Source: Pelagibacteraceae bacterium AG-349-L23 (GTDB lineage Bacteria > Pseudomonadota > Alphaproteobacteria > Pelagibacterales > Pelagibacteraceae). From it: 64,000 nt of DNA. The DNA is taken from assembly GCA_003281045.1 (NCBI GenBank), contig QCDD01000001.1, forward strand, positions 62,208-126,207, read 5' to 3'. Position 1 is the stretch's first letter, and each line of letters opens with the position of its first letter. The notes under the pieces are model-generated. The model had not been told where the DNA came from. It saw only the letters and a program-made list of their open reading frames with translations, and ran no database searches. Below, piece after piece: positions 29,049 through 38,436 of the stretch. Both the position numbers and the translations under genes were made by a program.

Positions 29049-31388
29049 ATGTCGCTGACTACATTAGATATAAAAGAACCTGGTCTAAATATACTACCAC
29101 CTGGAGTTGAAAGACACATTGTAAACGCTGGTGGGCTTACTGGTTTACAAATTTTTCCAGATGACGAAATAGAAATCATTAATGATGAAGGAAATCAGAT
29201 TTGTGAAATAATTTGTTTCGACAAAGATGGAAAATCTGAACTCGCAATTTTGAATTTGAAAGAAAATAGTAACAAAAGTTTTATTAAGGAGATTTTAAAA
29301 AAAAAGGATGAAAGTTCTTTAGCTACAAATTTTCAATTAAAAAAAAGAAATCTAGATTTAAATAAATCGCACTCTTCAATTTTATTTGATGAAAAAACAC
29401 CTAGTGGTGAAAAAATTAAATTAAAATCTAAAGATAAGTGCTACGTTATTTTCTCTGCACCACAAAATGACATGTTGGTAAGTGAACAAAATCCATCTGG
29501 TGATTTAATATTATTTGTAAAAAGAGCTAAAATTACGAATGATAAAGAATTATCAATAATTCCTGACCCCGTTTTTGAGCCACATTACGAAAAAAATATT
29601 GATAGACAAACTGCTATTTCCTTTCAGGTAAAAGAAGGTGATTACATCCAAATTATTAGTCCAGCAGGTAGACAATGCTCTGACTTTGTTGCATTTGATA
29701 CAAGAAAACTTGATAAAAAAATTGAAAAAGGACTTGATTGGCAAACCACACGAACCTTCATGGGTAACACTTTTCCCGGGCCAGGATTGTTCTCAAAATT
29801 TTATGACACAGATCATGAACCTTTAGTTGAAGTGATTAGAGATACAGTTGGTAAACATGATACATTTAATTTAGCTTGCACATCAAAATATTACGAGGAT
29901 GCAGGTTATTTTGGTCATCCAAATTGTTCGGATAATCTTAATAATGCAATGGCCACATATGGAGTTGAAAAACAAAAAGGTTGGCAAGCCATCAATCTAT
30001 TTTTTAACACCTCAGCAACTGGTTTAAACTCTGTCATTTCTGATGAATCATTTGCAAGACCTGGAGATTATGTGATGTTTAGAGCATTAAAAGATTTAAC
30101 TATTGGAACGACAGCATGTCCAAGTGATATTGATGCATGTAATTCATGGAATCCCACAGATATTTTTGTTAGAACCTATGACAAAAAAAAAGAATTTTCA
30201 AAATCATTTGCTTTTAGAATGAAAACAGACTCTGAAAAAAAACTTACTAGAAATTCTGGGTTTTATGAAAGAACATCAAAATTAACTAGAAATTTTATTG
30301 ATGCTAGAGGTTTTTGGCTTCCAAATGATTACACAAAACATGGTGTGGTAGAAGAATATAATGCGTGCAGAGAGAATGCTGTTTTAATCGATTTATCGTC
30401 ATTGAGAAAATTCGAAATTATAGGTCCAGATGCCGAAGAATTAATGAATTATACTTTAACTAGAAATATTAAAAAACTTGCTGTTGGACAAATTGTTTAT
30501 TCAGCAATGTGCTATGAAAACGGAATGATGTTCGATGATGGCACTTTATTTAGATTAAGTGAAACTGGATTTAGATGGATTTGTGGAGACGAGTATGCAG
30601 GGGAGTGGCTTAAAGAAGTTGCTCAAAAGAAAAAGTTTAAAGTAAATATTAAAAACTCAACAGATCAAATTAGCAATGTTTCCATTCAAGGTCCGAAAAG
30701 TAGAGAAATTTTAAAAAAAATGATTTTTGCGCCTCCAACACAGCCTGCAATCGATGAGTTAGAATGGTTTAGGTTTTCAATTTGCAGAGTTGAAGAACTT
30801 CAAGGAATACCATTAATTGTATCTAGAACTGGTTACACTGGTGAACTTGGTTATGAGATATGGTGCCATCCAAAAGATGCACCAAAAGTATGGGATAAAC
30901 TTATGGAGTATGGCAAAGATGATAATTTAATACCTGCTGGATTTGCTGCTTTAGATAAATTGAGAATTGAAGCAGGTTTAATTTTGTTTGGAAACGAATT
31001 TGATGGTCAACAGGATCCGTTTGAAGCTGGAATTGGTTTTGCAGTACCTCTCAAATCAAAGGAAGAAGATTTTATTGGTAAAAGTGTTTTGAAAGAAAGA
31101 AAAGCAAATCCACAAAAAAAACTTGTTGGTCTTGAGTTGATTGGTAAAGAACCTTCAGGTCATGGTGATTGTGTACATGTAGGAAGATCTCAAGTTGGTG
31201 TAATTACAAGTGGTTGTTTATCAACTACTCTCAACAAAAATATAGCTTTATGTAGAATTGATAATCAATATTCTGAAATAGGCACCGAGGTAGAAGTAGG
31301 TAAAATTGATGGTCATCAAAAAAGAATTTCTGCAAAAGTGGTTGCTTTCCCACACTTTGATCCTAAGAAAACTAGAGTTAGATCTTAA
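29049..31388 (+). CDS. tdm: TMAO demethylase (DUF1989 + GcvT fusion)
   Basis: N-terminal DUF1989 (GRQCSDF, HDTFNLAC, NCSDN, CPSDID) fused to a GcvT domain (DLSSLRKFE, RTGYTGELGYE). Confidence 0.92.
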   Translation: MSLTTLDIKEPGLNILPPGVERHIVNAGGLTGLQIFPDDEIEIINDEGNQICEIICFDKDGKSELAILNLKENSNKSFIKEILKKKDESSLATNFQLKKRNLDLNKSHSSILFDEKTPSGEKIKLKSKDKCYVIFSAPQNDMLVSEQNPSGDLILFVKRAKITNDKELSIIPDPVFEPHYEKNIDRQTAISFQVKEGDYIQIISPAGRQCSDFVAFDTRKLDKKIEKGLDWQTTRTFMGNTFPGPGLFSKFYDTDHEPLVEVIRDTVGKHDTFNLACTSKYYEDAGYFGHPNCSDNLNNAMATYGVEKQKGWQAINLFFNTSATGLNSVISDESFARPGDYVMFRALKDLTIGTTACPSDIDACNSWNPTDIFVRTYDKKKEFSKSFAFRMKTDSEKKLTRNSGFYERTSKLTRNFIDARGFWLPNDYTKHGVVEEYNACRENAVLIDLSSLRKFEIIGPDAEELMNYTLTRNIKKLAVGQIVYSAMCYENGMMFDDGTLFRLSETGFRWICGDEYAGEWLKEVAQKKKFKVNIKNSTDQISNVSIQGPKSREILKKMIFAPPTQPAIDELEWFRFSICRVEELQGIPLIVSRTGYTGELGYEIWCHPKDAPKVWDKLMEYGKDDNLIPAGFAALDKLRIEAGLILFGNEFDGQQDPFEAGIGFAVPLKSKEEDFIGKSVLKERKANPQKKLVGLELIGKEPSGHGDCVHVGRSQVGVITSGCLSTTLNKNIALCRIDNQYSEIGTEVEVGKIDGHQKRISAKVVAFPHFDPKKTRVRS

Positions 31389-31738
31389 TGCCCAAAACAG
31401 CAAAAGATTTATTAGAATTTTGGGAAGATCAGATGAAACTTTCTCATACGTCTAGTAACTATTTTTTTAGAAAATCACCTTCCCATTATCATATGATGCT
31501 TTTAGTTATGCACGCTTATAAATATAAAGAGGACTTAACAGTTGAAGAATTAAAGACTAAATTGTTTAAAACTTCACGTCCTAAGTCAGCTTTAATGATT
31601 AATGAGGCATGTGAAAAAGGTTTTTTTTTCCTAGAAAAAACTTCTGGAGACCAGCGAAAAAAGCACATAAAGCCAAGTGTATCTTTTATTGAAGAATTTA
31701 ATAAATACATTGAAACCCTCAAACATCTAAGTTTTTAA
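31388..31738 (+). CDS. Winged-helix (MarR-like) DNA-binding protein
   Basis: TVEEL...SRPKSALMINEACEKGFF helix-turn-helix and DQRKK wing; coupled to tdm stop (TAATG). Confidence 0.6.
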   Translation: MPKTAKDLLEFWEDQMKLSHTSSNYFFRKSPSHYHMMLLVMHAYKYKEDLTVEELKTKLFKTSRPKSALMINEACEKGFFFLEKTSGDQRKKHIKPSVSFIEEFNKYIETLKHLSF

Positions 31739-31818
31739 AGCTTTATTATTTTTACTTATATTTTTTATATATATAAAAAATTATATATTTACGTCGCATG
31801 AAAAATAAAGATGTGAGT

Positions 31819-33144
31819 ATGTCATTACCGACAAAAGCAAAAGTAGTAATTATCGGTGGGGGGATCCACGGATTAAGTACTGCTTGGAAACTATCCGATA
31901 CATATAAAAATCCAGGAGATATTGTTGTTTTAGAAAAGAAAGATACTGCGGCAGGTGCGAGCGGCATAGCTTGTGGTGTTGTTAGAAATAATTATTTTCA
32001 ACCAGCAATGAGAGAATTAATGGCCCATTCAGTTTCAGTTTGGGAGAGTGATCCAAAAGCATTTAAATATAATCCAGTTGGTTATTTACAAATATCACCT
32101 GAAGTTATGCATGAGGATGTCGCAAGTATTTATGAACAACAAAAAGCAATTGGTTATGAGTCTGAATTTATAGAAGGTGAGAAAGATTGCATGAATTATA
32201 TGAAGGGTATCTTTGATGATTGGCAAGCTCAAGGAATCACATCTATTCTGCATGAAAAAAAAGGTGGATATGCTTTTAATAAAGATTCAATTAAAGCACT
32301 TGAAAATAAATCTACCTCAAATGGTGTTCAAGTGATGAAGGGTGTTAGAGTTACAGGTTTTAAAAGAGGCAGTAATAGTAAAGCTGTAACTGGAGTAGAA
32401 ACAGACAAAGGGACAATTGATTGTGAACAAGTCGTAATTGGTGCAGGACCTTGGGCAAGAGATTTTTGGAACATGTTAGAGTTACCCAAAACTGCAAACA
32501 TTAAAGGTAAAGATGGTAAGATGCATGTTACTGACATGTGGACTTACTGGATGCTTCAAGAGGGTGTAATTGGAGTAGAGCCAGATTTCTTAAAAACAAA
32601 TGATGGTAAACAACCTCCTGTAGTTCATGTCGACTCTACTGCGCCATTATATTCAGATAAAACAAAAAAATTAATTACAGATAAAATTTGGGGGATTTAT
32701 TATAAGCCTGATATTGAAGGTTTAGGTGTTCAAGGAGGAACTTCTCCTTACATTGTTAAAAAACATTTCGATCAAGTAAACGTTGATCCATATGGGATTG
32801 AGTCACCAGAGTATCAAACAACTGATGCTTTTAGTGAAATGTGGTGTTCAGCTTTAGCTCATTGTCAAAAAAGATTTGAAGGGAAATCAGATTTGTATAG
32901 AAAAGGTCCCTCAGGTGGACTTGGGTGTATGACCCCTGACTCTTTTCCGATCTTCGATAGATTTTTTGAAAATGTTTATATGATTGCTGACGCTAACCAT
33001 GGATACAAAATGATTGGTGTTGGCGAACTAGTGGCAAAAGAAATTCTCGGTACTGAAAGTGATTTATTAAAACCATTTAGATTCAACCGTTACGAGAAGG
33101 GAGAATTGCACCCTACTTCGAACAGTCCGTTTCCTTGGAGCTAA
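31819..33144 (+). CDS. FAD-dependent oxidoreductase, DAO/monomeric sarcosine oxidase family
   Basis: GGGIHG Rossmann motif, GASGIACG, GAGPW, TPDSFP, HGYKM; start may be 31798 or 31819. Confidence 0.88.
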   Translation: MSLPTKAKVVIIGGGIHGLSTAWKLSDTYKNPGDIVVLEKKDTAAGASGIACGVVRNNYFQPAMRELMAHSVSVWESDPKAFKYNPVGYLQISPEVMHEDVASIYEQQKAIGYESEFIEGEKDCMNYMKGIFDDWQAQGITSILHEKKGGYAFNKDSIKALENKSTSNGVQVMKGVRVTGFKRGSNSKAVTGVETDKGTIDCEQVVIGAGPWARDFWNMLELPKTANIKGKDGKMHVTDMWTYWMLQEGVIGVEPDFLKTNDGKQPPVVHVDSTAPLYSDKTKKLITDKIWGIYYKPDIEGLGVQGGTSPYIVKKHFDQVNVDPYGIESPEYQTTDAFSEMWCSALAHCQKRFEGKSDLYRKGPSGGLGCMTPDSFPIFDRFFENVYMIADANHGYKMIGVGELVAKEILGTESDLLKPFRFNRYEKGELHPTSNSPFPWS

Positions 33145-33213
33145 ACTTCAAGCCTAGACACTAATAAATTTTTCAGTTACGCTTGAATAAATTTATAATT
33201 CATTGAGGGGAAA

Positions 33214-34683
33214 ATGACGGATCTAGAAAAACACGTAAACCGACCAGGTAGAGATAAGCAAGTCAAAAAAGTCAGAGAAAAAATAAACGAATTAGGAATA
33301 ACCTATATTTATTATCAATTTATTTCTGTAACAGGAAGAGTGGTTGGAAAAGGAATACCCGCTGATCATTGGGAAAGAACAGCTGAAAAAGGTTTCCAAT
33401 TAGTTTACGGAGCAACTGCGAACTTATTTTTAGATCGACACAACAACTATATTGGTTATGGACCAGAGGCTATGGAATTGGTAGGGATTCCTGACCCTGA
33501 AACTTTTTGTCAGTTACCGTGGGATAAAAGAGTTGGAAGAGTTTTTGTAACTTGTTTTAGAAACAGAGAAGAAAGAAATAATCCTGGAGGTCATTTGACT
33601 TCTGATTGCAGAGGAAATTTAAGAATTTTCATGGATGAATTTCAAAAGAAACATGGTTTAGAACTAAGAGTAGGAACTGAGCCAGAAATGATGTGGTTGA
33701 CTAAAAATGATGATGGAACTCCAACAGGAAAAGGATTTTCTAAACCATTTTGTTATCACATAGACCAATTTGAATCATTAAGACCTGTGTTTATGAAAGT
33801 AATTGAGTATGCAAAAGCAATGGGTCTAGATATGATTCAAGGGGATCACGAAGATGCACCTGGTCAATTAGAATTGAACTGGACATATGATAACGTTTTA
33901 AGAAATGCAGATAGACTATCAACTTACAGACAAATATGTGCTCAAGTTGCAAGAGAACATAATCTAATTGCATGTTTTATGACCAAACCATTTATGGGAG
34001 TTTCGGCGAGTGGTTGTCATACTAATATGTCTTTATGGAAAGGTGGAAAAGTTAAAACAAATAAACTTGGACACAAATCTTTACCAGGTGTTGAAGAAGT
34101 TTTTGGTTATGTGGAAGGCGGAACAAATACTTTCATGCCAGATACTAAGGATATGCAGTTACCTGGAAAAATTGGATTACAATCAATAGCAGGTATTATG
34201 GAACATTTACCAGCTTTAACAGCGTTAGGATCTTCAACTGTAAACTCATATAGAAGATTATGGGATCAAGGTTTTTGGGCTCCTGTTTATGCTGACTGGG
34301 GTTATCAAAATAGAACTTGTGGATTGAGAGTATCAGCACCGGGTAGATTTGAATACAGATCGGTAGACTCAATGCATAATCCATATTTATTAGGCGCAGC
34401 CTTATTGAAAGCATGTGATCATGGAATTAGTAAAAAGATGCAACCAGCAGCTCCAGAGTCTAGAAATATTTATGAAGCTCAAAAGGCAGGTAAAGATGTT
34501 AAGAAACTTCCTTTGAGTTTAGGTGAGGCTTTAGAAAGATTATCAGAGGATGAAATTATTAAATCTGCAATGCCTGATGAGATGTATAAAGTTTTCCATT
34601 GGTATAAAAATGATGAATGGGAAAGATTTTTAGGTGCAACAACTCAATGGGATTTAGATACTTATTTAGATTGTTTACCATAA
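33214..34683 (+). CDS. Glutamine-synthetase-like gamma-glutamyl amide ligase
   Basis: EPE, DHEDAPGQLE, SGCH, NSYRRL, RFEYR; flap region reads GFWAP instead of GYEAP. Confidence 0.88.
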   Translation: MTDLEKHVNRPGRDKQVKKVREKINELGITYIYYQFISVTGRVVGKGIPADHWERTAEKGFQLVYGATANLFLDRHNNYIGYGPEAMELVGIPDPETFCQLPWDKRVGRVFVTCFRNREERNNPGGHLTSDCRGNLRIFMDEFQKKHGLELRVGTEPEMMWLTKNDDGTPTGKGFSKPFCYHIDQFESLRPVFMKVIEYAKAMGLDMIQGDHEDAPGQLELNWTYDNVLRNADRLSTYRQICAQVAREHNLIACFMTKPFMGVSASGCHTNMSLWKGGKVKTNKLGHKSLPGVEEVFGYVEGGTNTFMPDTKDMQLPGKIGLQSIAGIMEHLPALTALGSSTVNSYRRLWDQGFWAPVYADWGYQNRTCGLRVSAPGRFEYRSVDSMHNPYLLGAALLKACDHGISKKMQPAAPESRNIYEAQKAGKDVKKLPLSLGEALERLSEDEIIKSAMPDEMYKVFHWYKNDEWERFLGATTQWDLDTYLDCLP

Positions 34684-34704
34684 TAAATACAGAGAGAGAA
34701 ATAT

Positions 34705-35649
34705 ATGTGCGGAATAGCGGGATTAATTCATAGAGGAAAATCATCCAACGTTGGTCATGAACTTCAAGGAATGTTGCAAGCCTTAAAACATCGTGGAGAA
34801 GATTCAACTGGTTATGCGTTGTATGGTGATACAGATGGCAAAAATTTCATCATGAGATTTAAAGTTGGTGAAAACGTTGGTGAAGGAAGTACGTCAGTTG
34901 CTGAAGATGTATCTGTATACGATGAAAGAAAGAAAATTGTTGACAGTTATCTTGCAGAAATGGGCGCAAAAATAATTAAAGAGGAAAGAATACTCCCTTA
35001 CTCATTAAGATATGAAATTGAATACAATAAAAAAGATTTATTAGAGTTTTCACAAAAAATAGAAAGTATTCCTGGTGTTGAAATTTTATCTATGGGTAAA
35101 TCATTAGAAGTAATCAAAGATCTAGGGAATGCAAAAATGGTTTGCGATAGATATAACTTAGATAAACTTGTTGGTACTCATGCAATTGGACATGCGAGAA
35201 TGGCTACTGAGTCTGGTGTAGATATTAAATCTGCTCACCCTTTTTGGGGATATCCTTTTAGTGATGTGTCCGTTGTTCACAATGGTCAACTAACGAATTA
35301 TTGGAATAATAGAAGAGCTTTAGAAAATAAGGGAATGAGATTTATGTCAGAATGTGACTCTGAATTGATTGCAGTTTACCTCGCTGAAAAAATGAGAGAT
35401 GGAGCTTCATTAGAAGAAGGAATGAAAGAGTCATTAACAGGTCTCGATGGTGTATTTACTTATTTTGTTGCCACAAAAGATTCTTTAGGGATGGCTAAGG
35501 ATACAATGGCCGCAAAACCTTTAGTTTTATATGAGTCTGATGATTTAGTAGCAATGGGTTCAGAGGAGATAGCTATAAGATCAATTTTGCCACAAGAAAT
35601 TGATACTTATGATCCATTCGATGGAGAGGTTAAAGTATGGCAAATTTAA
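34705..35649 (+). CDS. Class II (Ntn) amidotransferase, MgsA/GlxB-like
   Basis: N-terminal MCGIAG, HRGEDS, GHARMATES, AHPF, VHNG, DSE. Confidence 0.88.
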   Translation: MCGIAGLIHRGKSSNVGHELQGMLQALKHRGEDSTGYALYGDTDGKNFIMRFKVGENVGEGSTSVAEDVSVYDERKKIVDSYLAEMGAKIIKEERILPYSLRYEIEYNKKDLLEFSQKIESIPGVEILSMGKSLEVIKDLGNAKMVCDRYNLDKLVGTHAIGHARMATESGVDIKSAHPFWGYPFSDVSVVHNGQLTNYWNNRRALENKGMRFMSECDSELIAVYLAEKMRDGASLEEGMKESLTGLDGVFTYFVATKDSLGMAKDTMAAKPLVLYESDDLVAMGSEEIAIRSILPQEIDTYDPFDGEVKVWQI

Positions 35650-36491
35650 AAAACGTAACCAAAAAAACAAAAGCCCAGGCGATGGGGATGCACTCAGAAG
35701 TTTTAACTGGAAGAACTCAACAGAAATTTTTTAATCCAGATGAAGCAGAAAATTTTTATTACTTTGGAACTTATGATGTCGATTTTAATAAAAGAACAGA
35801 TCTTGATGTAAAAAATATGACAGCAGCTGAAGCTAATAAAGAACTCGATAATTTAATGAGCCAGGGCTATGGAACAATTGTCATCAAAAATCCTCAAGGA
35901 AAACACAGTCTAGGTGTTGGAATTTTGAATAAATTGAATTTAATTTTTGAAGGCAGTTTAGGATACTTTGGTATGGGCTCTAGCGATGGTCCAATTGTAA
36001 GAATCAATGGAAGAGTTGGTTGGTCATGTGCAGAGAATCTAATGGCTGGAAAAGTTGTAATTGAAAAAAATGCAGGGTCTTGTTTTGGAGCTGCTATCAG
36101 AGGTGGTGATTTAATTTGCAAAGGTAGTGTCGGTGCAAGAACTGGCATCGATATGAAAGGTGGAACTATCATTATTGGTGGTGACGCTGGCGCATTTACT
36201 GGGTTTATGATGCAAAGAGGAAGAATAATCATATTGGGAGATGTCGGCATAAATTTAGGTGATTCGATGTATGATGGGACAATTTTCGTAGGTGGAGAAA
36301 TTGGGTCATATGGTAGTGATGCAGTAGATTCAGAGTTGACGCAAAGCGATCAAGATTGGTTAAGAAGAAAACTAAGAGTTGCTGAAATTGGTGAAAACTT
36401 TGATGTGAGTAAAATGAAAAAAATTGTAGCTGGTAAAAAACTTTGGAATTACGACAACTTAGAACCTGCTGAGAAAAAAGGAGCAATTTAA
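35637..36491 (+). CDS. GXGXG beta-helix protein, MgsB/GlxC-like
   Basis: Repeated GxxMxGG units (GIDMKGG, GFMMQRG, GDSMYDG). Confidence 0.88.
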   Translation: MANLKNVTKKTKAQAMGMHSEVLTGRTQQKFFNPDEAENFYYFGTYDVDFNKRTDLDVKNMTAAEANKELDNLMSQGYGTIVIKNPQGKHSLGVGILNKLNLIFEGSLGYFGMGSSDGPIVRINGRVGWSCAENLMAGKVVIEKNAGSCFGAAIRGGDLICKGSVGARTGIDMKGGTIIIGGDAGAFTGFMMQRGRIIILGDVGINLGDSMYDGTIFVGGEIGSYGSDAVDSELTQSDQDWLRRKLRVAEIGENFDVSKMKKIVAGKKLWNYDNLEPAEKKGAI

Positions 36492-37903
36492 TGGCTAAGA
36501 AAAAAAAGAAAAAAAACGGAAAATCAAATGGTAACGTTGGCGGTAAAGCCGATGTTCACGTAAGCAGCAATGGATCAAGAAACAAAAGTTTACTTGGTCA
36601 CAATGCTATATTTACCCCAGAGGTAATTGATGACATCCATATTAAATCTCAGTTAGGAAGATACAGAATGCGTGGAATGGCATTAATGAAAAAAATTCCT
36701 ACATTTGATGATCTAGTTTTCTTACCAGGAACTTTAACTAGGTTTGTAATTGAAGGTTACAGAGAAAAGTGTGAAACCAAAACTGTGATTGGTCCAAGAT
36801 GTGAGAACCCAATTGAATTAGATATACCAGTTTATATTACTGGTATGAGTTTTGGTGCTTTATCTTATGAAGCTAAAACAGCACTTGCTCGAGGTGCAAC
36901 AATGGCCGGAAGTGCTACTTGCTCTGGTGAAGGTGGAATGATTCCTGATGAAAGAAGATATTCTGAAAAATGGTTTTATCAATGTATTCAATCTAGATAC
37001 GGATTTAACCCACATCATGCACAACTAGCAGATGGAATTGAAGTATTTATTGGACAAGGTCAAAAAGTTGGTATGGGAGGACACTTGATGGGTCAGAAAG
37101 TTACTGACCAAGTAGCTGAAATGAGATCATTACCATCAGGAATTGATCAAAGATCTCCTGCAAGACACCCTGATTGGTTAGGTCCTGATGACTTAGCATT
37201 GAAAGTTGAAGAATTAAGACAACTAACAAAAAATAAAGTGCCAATTCAATTAAAATTAGGTGCATCAAAAGTTTATGATGATGTTCGTATGGCTGCAAAA
37301 TGTGATCCAGACTCTATTTACTTAGATGGTATGGAAGGATCAACAGGTGCAGGTCCACACATTGCTGCTGCCAATACAGGTATTCCTGGTATCGCAGCTA
37401 TAAGAGAAGCAAGAAGAGCTTTAGACGATGTAGGTAAAACTGGAAAAGTTACATTAATTTATGCTGGTGGTGTAAGAGATGGTGCAGATATGGCAAAAGC
37501 TTTAGCACTAGGTGCTGATGCAATTGCGATTGGTACTGGTTCAATGATCGCATTAAATTGCAATAAAGACATTCCAGAAGCTGATTTTGAAAAAGAAATG
37601 GGTGTTAAAGCAGGTGAATGTTATCACTGCCATACAGGAAGATGTCCTGTAGGTGTTGCAACTCAGGATCCAAAATTAAGAGCGAGACTAAATCCTGATG
37701 ATGCTGCATTGAGAGTTTATAATTATCTTCATTCAATGACACTTGAAGCTCAATTGTTAGCTAGAGCATGCGGTAAAACGAATATCCATTCTCTAGAACC
37801 TGAAGATTTAGCAGCGTTAACATCTGAAGCTTCTGCATTAGCTAAAGTTCCATTAGCTGGAACGAACTATACAGTTGGTGTTGATAACTTCCATAAGATC
37901 TAG
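36491..37903 (+). CDS. FMN-binding glutamate synthase domain protein, MgsC/GlxD-like
   Basis: MSFGALS, SGEGG, GQGQKVGMGG, SPARHPD, CYHCHTGRCPVGVATQ Fe-S motif. Confidence 0.9.
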   Translation: MAKKKKKKNGKSNGNVGGKADVHVSSNGSRNKSLLGHNAIFTPEVIDDIHIKSQLGRYRMRGMALMKKIPTFDDLVFLPGTLTRFVIEGYREKCETKTVIGPRCENPIELDIPVYITGMSFGALSYEAKTALARGATMAGSATCSGEGGMIPDERRYSEKWFYQCIQSRYGFNPHHAQLADGIEVFIGQGQKVGMGGHLMGQKVTDQVAEMRSLPSGIDQRSPARHPDWLGPDDLALKVEELRQLTKNKVPIQLKLGASKVYDDVRMAAKCDPDSIYLDGMEGSTGAGPHIAAANTGIPGIAAIREARRALDDVGKTGKVTLIYAGGVRDGADMAKALALGADAIAIGTGSMIALNCNKDIPEADFEKEMGVKAGECYHCHTGRCPVGVATQDPKLRARLNPDDAALRVYNYLHSMTLEAQLLARACGKTNIHSLEPEDLAALTSEASALAKVPLAGTNYTVGVDNFHKI

Positions 37904-37911
37904 ATTTTAAT

Positions 37912-38310
37912 ATGGCAAAGAAAAAAAATAAAAAAAAAGAAGCCTCTAGTCAGCTAGGTAAAAAAAAAGAAACTGCTAGAGAAAAAATGATTGGTCAGTC
38001 GATTGGTTATCGATATGACGTAAATCTTTTACCAGATTATAAAAAAATCACTCCTTTTTTAAAAAAATACATTGAAGCAATGGGATGGGATGATCTTAAC
38101 TGGTTAGAGGATGTGCACATGGGTTATGAGGAAGGTAAACCAGCAGTGTTTTGTAGGAATGCAAATGGATGGGTAACAATTCCAAAATCAATAAAGCTAC
38201 CAAATAACCAACAAGACAGAGACATGATTGCAAGAGAATTACTAGTTAAATTTCAAATGTCACCAAAACATCCTCTTGTTGATTTAAAAAAAGCTTACCT
38301 AAAATTTTAA
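37912..38310 (+). CDS. Hypothetical protein closing the Mgs-like operon
   Basis: 132-aa ORF 8 nt after the MgsC-like stop; WDDLNWLEDVHMGYE block. Confidence 0.75.
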   Translation: MAKKKNKKKEASSQLGKKKETAREKMIGQSIGYRYDVNLLPDYKKITPFLKKYIEAMGWDDLNWLEDVHMGYEEGKPAVFCRNANGWVTIPKSIKLPNNQQDRDMIARELLVKFQMSPKHPLVDLKKAYLKF

Positions 38311-38339
38311 GTTCTCAATCTTAAGTTGATTTTTTTTTT

Positions 38340-38365
38340 AAACCTTACACATATGTAAGGTTTTT
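38340..38365 (+). terminator. Inverted repeat after the Mgs-like operon (terminator or operator)
   Basis: AAACCTTACA-CATA-TGTAAGGTTT followed by TT. Confidence 0.5.
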
Positions 38366-38436
38366 AAGCTCTGTTTCATTTGTAACATATCTTAAAATTT
38401 AATAGGCTTTTGAAAAAACTAATATGGAGAGAGAAT

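Noticed and set aside
34705-37903. Fragmented glutamate synthase (gltB) pseudogene
   Set aside because: Each part has its own start and intact motifs; the three-gene split is the normal Mgs/GlxBCD organisation
38410-38436. TTG start for amt in the ORF track
   Set aside because: ATG at 38437 has a GGAGAG RBS and is the more plausible start
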